From Ostreococcus lucimarinus (lineage: Eukaryota): a DNA stretch of 64,000 nt. The DNA lies in assembly GCA_000092065.1 (NCBI GenBank), contig CP000581.1. One strand, written 5' to 3'. Both the position numbers and the translations under genes were made by a program. This document shows positions 1 through 11,040 of this stretch, in pieces; positions within the stretch are counted from its first letter, which is position 1; every line of letters starts with the position of its first letter. The notes under the pieces were generated by a model, which saw nothing but the letters and a program-made list of their open reading frames with translations, did not search any database and was not told where the DNA came from.

Positions 1-2
1 AA

Positions 3-392
3 GAGACTGGTTCGCGCGTTTGGTTACGAGGCCGCGCAAAGGAAATGATAAAATCTGGCGGCGAAAACGTCTCGCCCGAAGAAGTAGAGCGAATTCTGAA
101 CAAGCACGCGAACGTCGAGGCGTCCGTCGTGATCGGCGCGCCGCATAGGAAATGGGGTGAAGCCGTCGTGGCGATCGTGAAGCTTCGCGCGACGGCGTCG
201 GATACCGAAGCAGAGCACAGAACGGCGCTTCGCGACTGGTGCGCGAAATCGGAACTCGCGCGCTTCAAGATTCCGAAGTGTTTCGTCTTCACGGAGGACT
301 TGCGATCGAACGCCATGGGGAAGTTAATGAGAGATGCAACCTACAGGGCGAATGTCCTCGCGATTGAACACGCGGTCTCGAGAGTTAGGTAA
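3..392 (+). CDS. AMP-dependent synthetase/ligase (acyl/aryl-CoA ligase family), C-terminal fragment. The 5' end lies upstream of the window.
   Basis: Open frame from position 3 with no upstream stop. Translation ...RGRAKEMIKSGGENVSPEEVE...WGEAVVA...ARFKIPK matches the C-terminal GRxK(D/E)xIxxGGENIxPxEVE motif of adenylate-forming enzymes. Confidence 0.7.
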   Translation, partial: ETGSRVWLRGRAKEMIKSGGENVSPEEVERILNKHANVEASVVIGAPHRKWGEAVVAIVKLRATASDTEAEHRTALRDWCAKSELARFKIPKCFVFTEDLRSNAMGKLMRDATYRANVLAIEHAVSRVR

Positions 393-724
393 TAGATGGG
401 ATAGATGGAACCATAGCGAAGATAGTTGTGTAGACTTGGCAAGCGCGGCGAGGCGACGAGATGTTGTGACTGAAAACTAATTTTACACCGGCAACTCTTT
501 ACGTTATCCATTTACGTGTGTGTATGTGCGTGATGATCAGAAAGTCGGTCTCGAACCTACGAGATGACTCAATTTTTGATCGAACGATAAACGTTCGATC
601 GAACCCAACGCGTACGATCCATCCGGCGCGAGAAACGACGTGTCGAAAGACACGCGGCAATTCTCTCACGCGCTAGAGGTACGCGAACACCCTCTCGGTG
701 GCGAAAGATCGCCTAGCTCTTCCT

Positions 725-2151
725 TCAGAGTCGAAGATCGTGCGGCACCGGAAGCGAAGCTATCTTCATGAACTTCTCACTGCTATACTTCTTGTAAACA
801 GCGGTGAGCGAAGCCGTCGGCGCCTTGCGCATGAGTTCCGCCATGTCGCACGCGCACGGGTAGACTTCCGCCTCAGAAAGTCGTGTGTGCGCCTCCATGA
901 CGTGATTCCACGACCCCGTTCGAAGCCCTCTCATCGCAATGTATACACCAGCCGCGGCCAACGTGCTACCCGGATATTGCAACATGTTGTAATCAGGCAA
1001 CGCGCACTCGACGGCGTACGAGGCGTACAACTGAAACTTGCGGTCGCCCCCGGCGGCTTTGAAGAAACGGTTCATGAACTGGTACGGCGTGGGCACGGTC
1101 AAGTGGAACCCGAGCGCGTTCAACATTTGCTTTTCCATCTCCAGGATCTGCTGGCGCGTGTACGCGCGATCGCTGATGTAAACAAAGTCGCGCACCTCCG
1201 GCGCCCAGATCTCTTCATACTTGCTCGCCACCAACATCGCGGTGACGCCGACGAGTTGCAAGTTTTTGCGCGTCACGGTTTTCAACTCGAGGAATCGATC
1301 GATCAAGTTTGTGGTCAAGAACAGCGTCTCAGGCATGAGTTTAAACTTCAAGTGCACCTCGACGAGCCAATCGATGAGAATGGCGCGCATCTTGCTGTTG
1401 ATGTCGCCCTGAATGAGCATGTACGTCTCGGACACCTGCGTCTCCGGCTCGACTTTGTACCAGTATTGGTAAATGTCGTTGACGTACTCTGTCGCGCACA
1501 GCGGATTGTCGTGATCGTAAAGATCGATATCCGGCAATGCATCCGTCATGACATCCCCACTCCCCGCGCTTCGCTCGAGATAGGTGGAATACGACTCGCG
1601 CATGTCCACATCCGCGCCCGCCGTCGTCATCGACCCTCCGGTTTGGTTCCCGTCTCTCGGTTTGCCGTGGCTCGTGCGCTGCGCCGTGCGTCCCCATCGC
1701 GTAGCGACTTGCTGTGCTTTCTGCCCGAACGCGTTCAACATTCCCGCCGGCGCTTGTTCCTTCTCAGTCGTTTGACTACGGCCGCGCGTACACAATAATC
1801 ATCGTCAGTCTCTCCCTCTATTTCGCGCTCGCGAGCGCATCCGTTGCGCGCTCGCGCGCCCGCGCGTTTTTCGCATTCATCACAAACGTACCTCGCCTTG
1901 GCCGATCGCGTCTGTCTCGCGCCTTGCGCCCCATTCATCATATTCCCGATGTTCGACAGCGCCGCTCGATTCCCCGCCGGCGCCAAGCCTCCTTGCGACC
2001 GCAATCCTGTTCGCGCGCGCGTCCCGCGGTCAGTCCCAGTCGTTCCCGTGTCGACATCGCCAGCGCGTGTCCCGAGCCTTTTCCGTCGTCCTCGCGCACC
2101 TTCTTTCGCGCCATGCGGCACGTTCCGCCCGCGCGATGCGTTTTCATTCAT
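725..2151 (-). CDS. CYCB: B-type (A/B family) mitotic cyclin, two exons: complement(1892..2151) joined to complement(725..1775), intron 1776..1891.
   Basis: Cyclin box (MRAILIDWLVEVHLKFKL...LVGVTAMLVASKYEEIWAPEV) in ORF 725..1795, whose first in-frame codon is TTG. An upstream ORF in another frame (ATG at 2151) encodes a D-box, RAALSNIGN. The donor GCGAG|GTACGT (exon ends 1892, phase 2) and acceptor ...GGCCGTAG|T (exon starts 1775) join the frames to give ...SAKA-S-QTTEKEQ... Confidence 0.8.
1776..1891 (-). other. Spliceosomal intron (116 nt) in the cyclin B gene.
   Basis: GT..AG boundaries on the minus strand, donor AG|GTACGT. Required to join the D-box exon to the cyclin-box exon in frame. 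Confidence 0.65.
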
Positions 2152-2513
2152 CGTGCGCGTTTTCGCGCGGTTCGAGCCTGCGCGCGCGACGCGATCGTCC
2201 GTCGTCAGTCGCGATGTCGTGTTTCGCTAACGGCTGGCGTTCCCCTCGCGCGCGATGGTGATGATGCGGGACGCGTCGCGCCCGCGCGACGGCGCGATGG
2301 CGCGCGCGGTGAAGGGCTCGCGGCGGTACGGACCGTGCGGCGGTGCGGCGACGAGCGAGCGCGTCGGCGCGCGCGACGTGATGTGCGGCGACGCGCGGCG
2401 ATGGCGCGACGAACCGAACCGACGAAAAATTTGGTTCCCCCGACCGGGACGCGCGGAGATTTGGGAAATATAGGGGATTTAGGAGTGTTGTATGGAAATG
2501 ACGCGCGCGCGCG

Positions 2514-4801
2514 CTAGGCTTCGAAAGCGACGCGATTGGTGAGCCGGGCGACGGCGAGCGCGCACGCGGCGACGGCGAGATCGATTTTGGTGACTCGTTT
2601 CGGCGCGCGCGCGGAGGCGGCGTCGAGGTCGGCGGAGGAAGATGCGCGGGAGAGATCGGCGGCGAAACGCGCGCGCGCCGAGAGAAGACGACAAGACGCG
2701 GGGGAGAAGAGCTCGGCGGCGTCGAAAGCGCCCTCGAACAAAGGAATTGCGTCGATGATGATCGCGGTCCAAAGCTCGGGAGGCGTGGATCTCGGCGCTA
2801 AGGCGGCGATGAGGGCGTCAGCGGCGGTTTTGGCCGCGACGCGCGCGCGCTCGTCGAGCGCGACGGACGTCTTCAGGATCTTCATCGCGGCGTTGAACTT
2901 GGCGCGCGCGCGGAAAAAGTCGACCGCATTTTCATGAACGTCCACGTCGCGATTCGCATTCACGAGGACTTGGTCACCGTGTTTCTCCATGAACTTGTCC
3001 ACGCGCGCGAGCGTCGCCGCGGCGTCCCCGAGCGCGCCGACTTGCGCCAATCCTCTCGCAAGCTCGTCGCTTCCCACCGTGTTTTGTGACACTCGAAGCC
3101 AGTCAAAGGCGAGTGAGACGTACCCATTCGCTCGCGCGCGCTCGCTCGCCATCTTCGCGATGCGTGCGCTGGTGTTCGGAAGACCGACTTCCACGGCGAG
3201 CGCGTGCGCCGCCTTGGCCGGCGCGTCGTCCTCGGTTTCTCCTTCATCCTCCGTCACCGCGAGACGCATGAGCGTCGTTGCCATCATCTCTATGCCGCGC
3301 TCTGAGCAACATGCCGCTAGAATTCGCACCGCTAAGTCCCGTGTCTGCGCCGAAGTCGCTAAGGAGGAGCAGTATTCGAGCATGTACAACTCGCTCTGGC
3401 TCGCCCCGGACGCCGTCGGTCGTCTCAAGACGTCAGCTTGCGCGCCTCCAGCGCGCGACAGCAGCGTCGTTGAGTACGCCATGAACCAGGAATCTAAGTG
3501 TCTCGAGCACACCGAGATGACGCCTTGGGAGTCACCGGCGATGGCGTACATGATGAGCGAATCTAACGCCTCGCTGACCAACTTACCCTTCGATCGACAC
3601 GCCGCGCGCGCCAGGCTCTCGTGTTCACCCTGAATCTTCAAAGTCGGATGAATGTGTTGCAGCTGCGCAATCATGAGCTCCACCCAATTTCCGACGCTCG
3701 AAACGATCGTTCGCTCGTCGCCGGACAACACGAGAAGAACGTTCCGAACGCCGTCCGCCGTCGGGCCCCAGCAGTTGTTGAAAAGCCCTCCCTCCGCGAG
3801 CACGGTTTTCACTTGGCGCAACCATTCATGTCTATACGCCGCGTACTGCTGCAAATTCGCGGCGCCCTCTTCGCCACCGAGTTTCGGCAGCGTGCGTAAA
3901 AGCGCACCGGCGGCTTCCATGAGCTCCACTTGCGGCTGCACGCTCGTCTTGCGCAAACGCCACTCCGCCCACGCGCTGTGCATTTGTAACAAATCGTTCG
4001 CCGCCTCCGTCCAACCGATGGCGACCATCGTGACGATCATCTCCCAATACCCGCTCGCTTCTTCCGGTCTCGCGCTCTCCTTGAGTCGCGCCACCAACTC
4101 TCGCAATCGTCCGCTCGCGCTCGCCTCTCCGAGCGCCAGGCTCGACGCGTTGACGCGATACCAATCCACGACCGCGTCCGTGCCCACGCCTAAACCACCG
4201 CCGCGGGTGATGAAGTACACATCCAAAAGCTCCCACACCGCGCGCGCGAGCGCGACGCCGTCGCCATCGCCCTCGCTCGAACTCGACGCCTCCTCGAGCG
4301 CGTCCGCGACGGCGCGACTAAACTCGTGCGCGCTCGCGAACGCGTCTTCCACGTACGTCCCGCGCTCGAGCGACGCCGTCTGCGCGCCGCGAAATCATCC
4401 ATCGTCGTCAGTCATTCGCATCACCGCGTCACCGGCGTCCAGATTCCCGCGTCTCGCGTCACCGTCCGCGTCCGCGTCTCGCGTCTCGCGTCTCGCGTCT
4501 CGCGTTTGAAAACCAAGTCCCCCTCTGGCGAGACGAATCGCATCGCATCGCATCGCCTTCTCTCGTCGCTTTCCGCGCGTACCTCTCGCTTTCGCAGCGT
4601 CAGCAGCGCCGCGGACGTGGACGCCGCGACGCGCGCGCCGCTCGCCGTCGCGCGTCCCCACGCGCACGCGCGCGGCGCCTCGGCGCGCGCGCCGTCGTCG
4701 AGGTTGCACACCAACAGCTCGTTCCCGACGCCGAAGTGCGCCACCGCGCGACCGCGAGGCGCCGCGCGGCGCAGCGCGTCCTCGAGCGCGTCGTCGGACA
4801 T
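2514..4801 (-). CDS. NUP85: Nucleoporin Nup85/Nup75-like (Y-complex), two exons: complement(4583..4801) joined to complement(2514..4379).
   Basis: Exon 1 (ATG verified at 4801) encodes MSDD...HFGVGNELLVCN..., comparable to the human Nup85 N-terminus YFDWGPGEMLVCE. Exon 2 carries WELLDVYFI...VVDWYRVN and ...WTAIIIDAIPLFEG, matching Nup85 family blocks. The ORF-track start at 4352 is a GTG. A phase-0 donor GAG|GTACGC and acceptor GCGCAG|ACG restore the frame. Confidence 0.65.
4380..4582 (-). other. Spliceosomal intron (203 nt) in the Nup85-like gene, containing microsatellites.
   Basis: Frame change between ORF 4421..4801 and ORF 2514..4352. GT/AG sites sit at the right phase. The interval contains (GCGTCTC)n and (GCATC)n repeats. 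Confidence 0.55.
4450..4504. repeat. Microsatellite (GCGTCTC)n, followed by (GCATC)3 at about 4534..4552, inside the Nup85 intron.
   Basis: cgtctcgcgtctcgcgtctcgcgtctcgcg read directly. Confidence 0.85.
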
Positions 4802-4986
4802 CGCGCGCGGATCGACGCGCGCGCGTCGCGACGCGCGAGACGCGTTGTGACGACGGCGCGCGCGGAGGTTTGACTCGGACGCCGTCGCCGCGACGACGAA
4901 ACGAGCGACGTCGAACTCGAGACCGCGCGGACGCCGCGACGACGCATCCGAGCGACGTCGCGCGCGCGCGAAACGCCATATTTTAT

Positions 4987-5373
4987 TTACAACCTCCCGA
5001 CGTACGCCGCGAGGAGCGCTAACAACAACACCGCGACCGGCAACAGCGTCGCGCCGAGCGCGCCGAAGCCGCTCGTCGTCATCCCTCCCGTCGCGCTCTT
5101 CTTCACGCCCCCGTCCGCGCGTCCCGACGCCCCGCCCGCGTATTCACCGATGTAGAACTTCTTCAGCTGTTCGTACGCGTTCGGCGAGTGTCCGACGTCC
5201 TCGAAATCGTCCGTGCCGTCCTTTCCCGCGGCGTTCAGCATGATCTCGCCGCCGCCGGGATGGTCATCCATGAACGCCGTCACGTCGTACACCTTACCGG
5301 CGATGACGAGCCAGAGGTCATCGTACGCGACGTGCTTTTCGACCTCGGCGAGCGAGATCTCGCGAGGCGCCAT
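4987..5373 (-). CDS. CYB5: Cytochrome b5, tail-anchored.
   Basis: MAPREISLAEVEKHVAYDDLWLVIAGKVYDVTAFMDDHPGGGEIML...DFEDVGHS heme-binding domain plus a C-terminal hydrophobic anchor. First ATG at 5373; the ORF-track start at 5472 is GTG. Confidence 0.85.
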   Translation of the reverse strand: MAPREISLAEVEKHVAYDDLWLVIAGKVYDVTAFMDDHPGGGEIMLNAAGKDGTDDFEDVGHSPNAYEQLKKFYIGEYAGGASGRADGGVKKSATGGMTTSGFGALGATLLPVAVLLLALLAAYVGRL

Positions 5374-6229
5374 CGCGTCGCGGAGTGCGGCGCGAAAGCG
5401 CGACGACGTCCGATGGAAGCAGCCACCATATCCGAAACGTTCAAACGCGAGACGGGACGCGAGACCGGACACCGGACGCGAGACCGGACGCGAGGACGCG
5501 AGGACGCGAAAACGCGCGAGGAGGCGCGAAAAAGAGTGCTACGCTACGATTGTCGACAGAAGGCGAGACGATGGCTAGGGTGACGGGAGTTGACGAGCGG
5601 CGCGCGCGCGACATCGACGATAGGCGCGCGCGCCGCCGCGAACCGCCGTCTGCCCGAGGGCGTGCGCGGCGAACGCCGTCGCACCGCTCGCGCACGCGAC
5701 GTACGCGGGGGAGAAGATGAAACTCAGCGCGACGCCGAGTTTGGTGCGCTTGCGACATCTCGCGCAGTGCGCTCTGTACCAACCGCGGCGCGCGCGTCGA
5801 CGCTCGGGCGTCGACGGCGCGGCGTCGGCGTCGGCGCCGCTCGACGTCGACGCGTCCATCGAGCGGCATCGGCATCGGTTCAGCGGTTCGCGGTACGCCA
5901 GCGCGAGGGTGGTGAGCGAGCCCAGGGCGCCGACCGTGGACGCCGCGGCGACGGCGGCGCGTCGCGGGACGCCTGCGCGCGAGGTCACCGCGGTCAGTCT
6001 GAAGTCACCGACGAGGTCGCGAACGCGCGACGCGCGCGCGAGCGGGGCGGACGGCGCGCGCGGGCGACGCATCGACGTGCCTATTATCGCCGCCCCGCAC
6101 ACGACGGCGATCGCGGCCATGTTCGCGCGCGCGCGGGTGAATGCGGGCGCCGCGCGGCGGAGACGCGGGACGAGCGGGACGCGGCGACGGACGCGAACGA
6201 CGCGCGCCGATGTCTCGGATTCAAACGTC

Positions 6230-7345
6230 TCAGCTAGGCCTACGAAAAATCATGATCATATTGTGCGCGTTTTCGTCGTCTAAAGCGATGCGACCGTCCA
6301 TGTCGCCGTACGCGGCGGCGAACTCCAAGCCGGCGGCGTTCGCGAGGGCGACCATCTCCGGGGCGGTGAAAATTTTGCACGGCACGACCTCTTGCACAAT
6401 CTTGAGCACGGCTTCGGTGGAGGCGTCGACGAGGGAAAACGACACGGTGCGTTCGTAAATTTGTGACTCGATGTCAAAGTTATCGCCGTCTCGACCCCAC
6501 TCGACGTAGACTTTAACGCCTTTTTCTTCGTCGACGCGTTCCCAGGCGTCGCCCTGGCCTTGCGCGATTTCGCCGCTGAACAAATCCCAAGGATGCTCGA
6601 GCTCGACGATGAACAGACCGCCCGGTCTCAAATTCTCGCGAACAGACTTAAAACACCGCATCGCGTCGTCGTGGGTCAACAAATGCGCCGCCGTACCGAG
6701 CAACATCAGCGCGACGTCGAACCCGCCCTCGGGTTTCGTCGTCGGCGCCATCGCCACGTCTCGCATATCCCCCTCCACGATTCGTATATTCCTCGGCGCC
6801 GCGTCTCCGAGCGCCGCCAACTTATTCATCGCGTGCGCTCGCATCGCCGCGTTTTGTTCCAGCGCCACCGCCTGTATCCCTCCCTTCGCCGCCGCGACGC
6901 TGTGCCACGCCGGCCCCGCGCCGAGCTCCAGCGCGCTCGCCACCGTCCGCGTCGCGTCCATCCCAATCCCTCCCTCTCCGTAGCTCGCGTGTCGCCGCGC
7001 GCACTCTCTGACGAACTCAATCTCTTTTTCGAAATCACGAAATCCGAACGCGACGTCGTACACCTCCGGTTCGTCGTACACGCGTCCCTCCGCGTCGACG
7101 CCGCCGCCGCCGTCGTCTCGCGCGCTCGTCCCGCGAACGCGTCCCGCGTCCCGCGTCCCGCGTCCCGCGTCCCGCGCGCGTCCCGCGTCCCACGAGCGCG
7201 TCCCGCGTCCGCGTCGCGCGCCCGCGGTCCCGCGCGCGACGCCGCGCGCGCGCGTCGCCGTCCGCGCGTCCGCGATTCCGCGCGCCGTCGCGAATCCTCG
7301 CGCGCGCTCGACGCGTCGCGCGACGGCGCGCGCGACCGCGCGCAT
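6230..7345 (-). CDS. Class I SAM-dependent methyltransferase with an Arg/Ala-rich N-terminal extension that may be a transit peptide.
   Basis: YDEPEVYDVAFGFRDFEKEIEFV, motif I LELGAGPAW, DVALML...LRPGGLFIVE. The ORF-track start at 7639 is GTG. The first in-frame ATG is at 7345 (MRAVARAV...). Confidence 0.6.
   Translation of the reverse strand: MRAVARAVARRVERARGFATARGIADARTATRARGVARGTAGARRGRGTRSWDAGRARDAGRGTRDAGRVRGTSARDDGGGGVDAEGRVYDEPEVYDVAFGFRDFEKEIEFVRECARRHASYGEGGIGMDATRTVASALELGAGPAWHSVAAAKGGIQAVALEQNAAMRAHAMNKLAALGDAAPRNIRIVEGDMRDVAMAPTTKPEGGFDVALMLLGTAAHLLTHDDAMRCFKSVRENLRPGGLFIVELEHPWDLFSGEIAQGQGDAWERVDEEKGVKVYVEWGRDGDNFDIESQIYERTVSFSLVDASTEAVLKIVQEVVPCKIFTAPEMVALANAAGLEFAAAYGDMDGRIALDDENAHNMIMIFRRPS
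7127..7210. repeat. Microsatellite (GTCCCGC)n.
   Basis: gtcccgcgtcccgcgtcccgcgtcccgcgtcccgc... lies in the GC-rich 5' region of the 6230..7345 gene, upstream of its first ATG. Confidence 0.85.
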
Positions 7346-7536
7346 GCCGGCGACGCGACGCGCGTCGATCGCGTCGCGCGCGTCGACCGCGCGTCGACGA
7401 CTGGCGTCGGCGCGCGGCGCGTCTGAATGTGCCTGAAACCGTTGACGGTTCACGAATCGAGACGACCCCCCCCCGCGCCGGCGGTCGATTCGCCGCCGCC
7501 GCGCGACGCCGCACTCACCGACGCGCGGCGCTCGCG

Positions 7537-10083
7537 ATGCTCGACGCGACGGCGCGCGCGATCGCGATCGCGCCGACGTCGCGCGCGCGTCGCGCGGCGA
7601 CGCGGGCGCGCGCGACGACGACGCGCGCGGAAGGCCCACGCGCGCGACGAACCGGCGGCGGCGAAACGAATCCGCGCGACGAACGCGAGACGCGAGACGC
7701 GCGCGGAGGACTCACGCGCGCGCGAGCGACGAAGACGCGCGCGCGAACGGTGCGCCGAGCGACGGGCGAGGACGCGGACGCGCCGCAGGCGACGGAGACG
7801 ACGAACAACGAGGGATGGAGCGCGCTGGAGACGTGGCAGAACCTGGGTCTGGTGTGGAACTTCATAACGCCGAGCTCGCCCGAGGGACGAGCGGTGATAA
7901 AGCGCGCGCACGCGAGCCGTGGGAATAAATTGAAGGGGATATCTAATTGGCGGAAGGCGATGTGGGACGAAACGTCGAGGAAGGCGCCGATAACGTTTTT
8001 GGACTCGCACACGCCGTTGCCGGGGTGCAGAGGGTATCGGGTGTGCTGGGCGAGCGCGAACGATATGCCGACGGGACAGAAGCGAGCGATCGTGATGTTT
8101 TACGTCGCGTCGACGCGGAAGTTTTATTTCGAGGCGGATATCGCGAAAGGGGCGGTGAAGAAGGAGGACGTGGATGAGGCGATGTTTAAACCGACGGAGG
8201 AAATTTTTGAGGCGCAACGAAGAATTTTCAACGTCAACGAAACTTTTCGGGAGGTGTACACGAGCATGTTGAAGGTTGATAAGAAAATGACGGCGGCGAT
8301 GAGCGCGGATGATGATCTCGGCGCGCTCGGGTTGGAGTGGGAAAAGTTCGAGGATACGATGATACGTCAAACCGAAGAAATGAGTTCGCGACGAGACGAC
8401 GTCGCCGACGGCCCAGAGAGCCCCATGGAGACGTGGAGTAAAGGCCGCGGCGTCACCCCGCCCGAGCTGTACATGCAGCTCGGGGTTAATTACGACTTTC
8501 ACGGCCCCGCAGGGGTGGTGATGCAGGGCATCATCTCCACCGTAGGCGCGGCGCGAGGGATGGACATGAGCGGGGCAGACAAGTGGCGAAAGCAGAATTG
8601 GGAAGACGCCGCGGACGAGCTGTGCATCACGGTTGAGTCGACGCACGCTCCGCTGAACACCCTCGGCCGCGGTTGGAAGGTGTGCTGGATCGATGGTAAC
8701 GGTGAAAGAGATGCGCCGGCGGTGGTCGTTTGGAGTCCGGACGCCGGAGAGTACTTCAGCTTGGGCGCGGTGAAAAAGAAGGGCTCGTGCGCTGGGCAAT
8801 CCTTGGACGCCATTTTGAAAGCCATCTTAGGCGTGGCCCAGGCGCAACCGGTGCCGATTGGATTGAAAGAAGCGTTGACACGGGATTTAGACTTCCGAGA
8901 CCTCATCGGTCGCTCACCGGCTGGGTCGAAATCGACGACTGCGCCGGTATCCGTCGACGTCTATGACGATTCGGAAGAAGGGACGGTGTATGTCGAGGTC
9001 GACCAGGACGACGACGAGGATAGTGACGACGATGACGAAGAGGAGGTAGACATCGACGTGGGCGGTGGGTTTGGCAACTCGATGATGTGGCAGAACACGA
9101 TGATGAAATCGGAATTCGACGTATCGACGTCATCGTCGGACAAATTCGTCCTCGACGAAATGCTCAACCCGGATCTCGAGCCTCAGTATCCGTCGAGCTT
9201 GGACGATCACATTCCTGATGGCGTAGGTGTGCCCCCGATCTCGCGCTCCGCAGGGTACTTGTCTTTCGTGGAGGATGAATTCGATGATGATGATCTCAAG
9301 CGTGAACTCGGGATCGATCGAGACGATATGTACCGCGGACCGAAGGATTTCCCAGACTTGTCCGTCACACCGACGCCGACGCCGACGGATGGGCCGACGA
9401 CGACGGTTAATTTGCGAGAGGCGTTTCCGCAGGGCTTGCCGCGTCCCGCTGAGTCGTTCCATGTTTTAGCGCTTGACAGGGTCGATTTCCTCGTCTCCAA
9501 GACGAACGACGGTCGATTGGATCTGCGTGAAGTTTTTAGCGCCAGGCGCGACGGGTACGGTCGCTTTGTCGAAGAAGCGCAACGCGTCAATACTTCGGCG
9601 TTCGTGTCGTTGCCTCCGGCATATTATCAAGAGATTGCTTGGACCGAACTCAATGTGACAAACGAGGAAGATTTCGACGGCGGGGACGTGATTCCATCCT
9701 TCAACACGACCGAGGAGCGAACGACAAAGATTTACCTCATCTTTGCACGCAACGCGCCGAGCGCGAACAGCGCGTTCGACCGCTCGCTCGACTTCACCAA
9801 GCCCGTCGTCATGCTCACCAGCGCCGACGTCGGCATGACCTCAGTCGCGGTTTCAGGCGCAACGTCAGATCCAAACGCTTCGCTGGTGATCAAGAATGGT
9901 GAGCTTTACTGCCAAGATCACTCGCAAGTCCCGACGTTTGAGAGCATCATCGCAGAGCACGAACGCGCCAAGCGCGCCGACGCCGTGAACGCCACGCAGG
10001 AATTTTTAGCCGAGACCGACACCGACATTGAGGCCCAAGCGTTCGATGAGGAAGAAGACACTCCGGAGATTGATCAAATCTAG
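7537..10083 (+). CDS. Large hypothetical protein with an internally duplicated ~90-aa domain and an acidic low-complexity linker.
   Basis: Long ORF whose coding composition is clearly less GC-rich than its 5' flank. Two related modules: GYRVCWASANDMPTGQKRAIVMFYVASTRKFYFEADIAKGAVKKED and GRGWKVCWIDGNGERDAPAVVVWSPDAGEYFSLGAVKKKG. D/E run DQDDDEDSDDDDEEE. First ATG in frame at 7537; the ORF-track start at 7429 is GTG. Confidence 0.5.
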   Translation: MLDATARAIAIAPTSRARRAATRARATTTRAEGPRARRTGGGETNPRDERETRDARGGLTRARATKTRARTVRRATGEDADAPQATETTNNEGWSALETWQNLGLVWNFITPSSPEGRAVIKRAHASRGNKLKGISNWRKAMWDETSRKAPITFLDSHTPLPGCRGYRVCWASANDMPTGQKRAIVMFYVASTRKFYFEADIAKGAVKKEDVDEAMFKPTEEIFEAQRRIFNVNETFREVYTSMLKVDKKMTAAMSADDDLGALGLEWEKFEDTMIRQTEEMSSRRDDVADGPESPMETWSKGRGVTPPELYMQLGVNYDFHGPAGVVMQGIISTVGAARGMDMSGADKWRKQNWEDAADELCITVESTHAPLNTLGRGWKVCWIDGNGERDAPAVVVWSPDAGEYFSLGAVKKKGSCAGQSLDAILKAILGVAQAQPVPIGLKEALTRDLDFRDLIGRSPAGSKSTTAPVSVDVYDDSEEGTVYVEVDQDDDEDSDDDDEEEVDIDVGGGFGNSMMWQNTMMKSEFDVSTSSSDKFVLDEMLNPDLEPQYPSSLDDHIPDGVGVPPISRSAGYLSFVEDEFDDDDLKRELGIDRDDMYRGPKDFPDLSVTPTPTPTDGPTTTVNLREAFPQGLPRPAESFHVLALDRVDFLVSKTNDGRLDLREVFSARRDGYGRFVEEAQRVNTSAFVSLPPAYYQEIAWTELNVTNEEDFDGGDVIPSFNTTEERTTKIYLIFARNAPSANSAFDRSLDFTKPVVMLTSADVGMTSVAVSGATSDPNASLVIKNGELYCQDHSQVPTFESIIAEHERAKRADAVNATQEFLAETDTDIEAQAFDEEEDTPEIDQI

Positions 10084-10225
10084 GATTTCGCGCCGCATTC
10101 TTTTCCAAATGTAATAGAGAACGAGACAGTTAGACTTTCGACGCGTGGCGGCGCCGCCGACGCGCCCACACGCTCCGCCCGCACTTCGGGACGCGCCGTC
10201 GACGAGTCGTCGACGACGACTCGCG

Positions 10226-10987
10226 ATGTCGAGAACGAATCAATCGCGCGCGTCCATTCCGTCGTACGCCGAGCTCGTCCAAACGCACGGCGCCGACGCA
10301 TTTTTCGAGCTCGCCAACGCTCCGAAGTTTGCATTCGAGAACCTGGTGCTCGCGCAGGACGCGAACGCGCGCGAGCACTGCGGCGGCATCGTTTGGGAGA
10401 GCGCGTTTTGTCTCGCCAAGTACCTGCGCGAGCGCTCGGTCGGGCTCGTGCGGTCGTCCAAGCGCGGGAAGAAAGCCCTGGAAGTCGGCTGCGGTTGCGG
10501 ACTCCTGGGCTTGGTCTTGGCGCGGGACTTCGCGTTTGACGAGGTGGTGATGACGGATCAATCGCGCGTGTTGGAAAACGTGACGAGAGAGAACGTGGAG
10601 ATGAATCGCAAAGAAATCGGCGGCGCGGCGACGGCGCTGCACGTGATGGCGCTGGATTGGGAGGTAGAGGAGGAATTAAAAGCCGTGAGCGAACGAGGAC
10701 CGTTTGACGTCGTCGTCGGGACGGACGTGCTGTTTGGCGTACATCTAGTCGCACCGCTTTTGCGCGTCATCGAACGCACGCTGAGTGACACGCGAAAGTC
10801 TGCTGTGTGCTATATTTGCGTGCAACGGCGAAGTCCCGACGCGCACGACGAGTTTTTGCGCCTCGCGGGGGAAAAGTTTGCTGTGGTCGCCGTGGAGAAG
10901 GCGTTAGTCGCGTTTTCAGAGGACGATGAGTGCGAGATTTTCGAGCTGCGTTGGAAGCGCGCGAAGAAGAGGAAGAGTGTAGATTAG
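10226..10987 (+). CDS. Protein-lysine N-methyltransferase, Methyltransf_16 / METTL21-FAM86-like family.
   Basis: GGIVWESAFCLAKYL...GKKALEVGCGCGLLGLVLA...DVVVGTDVLF, a typical seven-beta-strand KMT signature. ATG at 10226; the ORF-track start at 10145 is GTG. Confidence 0.75.
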   Translation: MSRTNQSRASIPSYAELVQTHGADAFFELANAPKFAFENLVLAQDANAREHCGGIVWESAFCLAKYLRERSVGLVRSSKRGKKALEVGCGCGLLGLVLARDFAFDEVVMTDQSRVLENVTRENVEMNRKEIGGAATALHVMALDWEVEEELKAVSERGPFDVVVGTDVLFGVHLVAPLLRVIERTLSDTRKSAVCYICVQRRSPDAHDEFLRLAGEKFAVVAVEKALVAFSEDDECEIFELRWKRAKKRKSVD

Positions 10988-11040
10988 CCGTAGCATAGGG
11001 CGGTGTACTTTGAGTTTGTTTTAGTCAACTATCTAATTCG

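Noticed and set aside
698-1798. Long plus-strand ORF (366 aa) mirroring the cyclin gene.
   Set aside because: Antisense shadow ORF of a well-supported cyclin CDS. Arg/His-rich, no domain.
2160-2185. tRNA-like T-loop string ggttcgagcc.
   Set aside because: No adjacent D-loop or acceptor-stem complementarity. It is a chance match in GC-rich DNA. No tRNA or rRNA was recognised by eye anywhere. Not formally scanned.
5575-6283. ORFs of about 180-215 aa on both strands between the cytochrome b5 and methyltransferase genes.
   Set aside because: Arg/Ala-rich GC-island translations lacking any motif. The region is more likely the b5 promoter or the methyltransferase 3' UTR.
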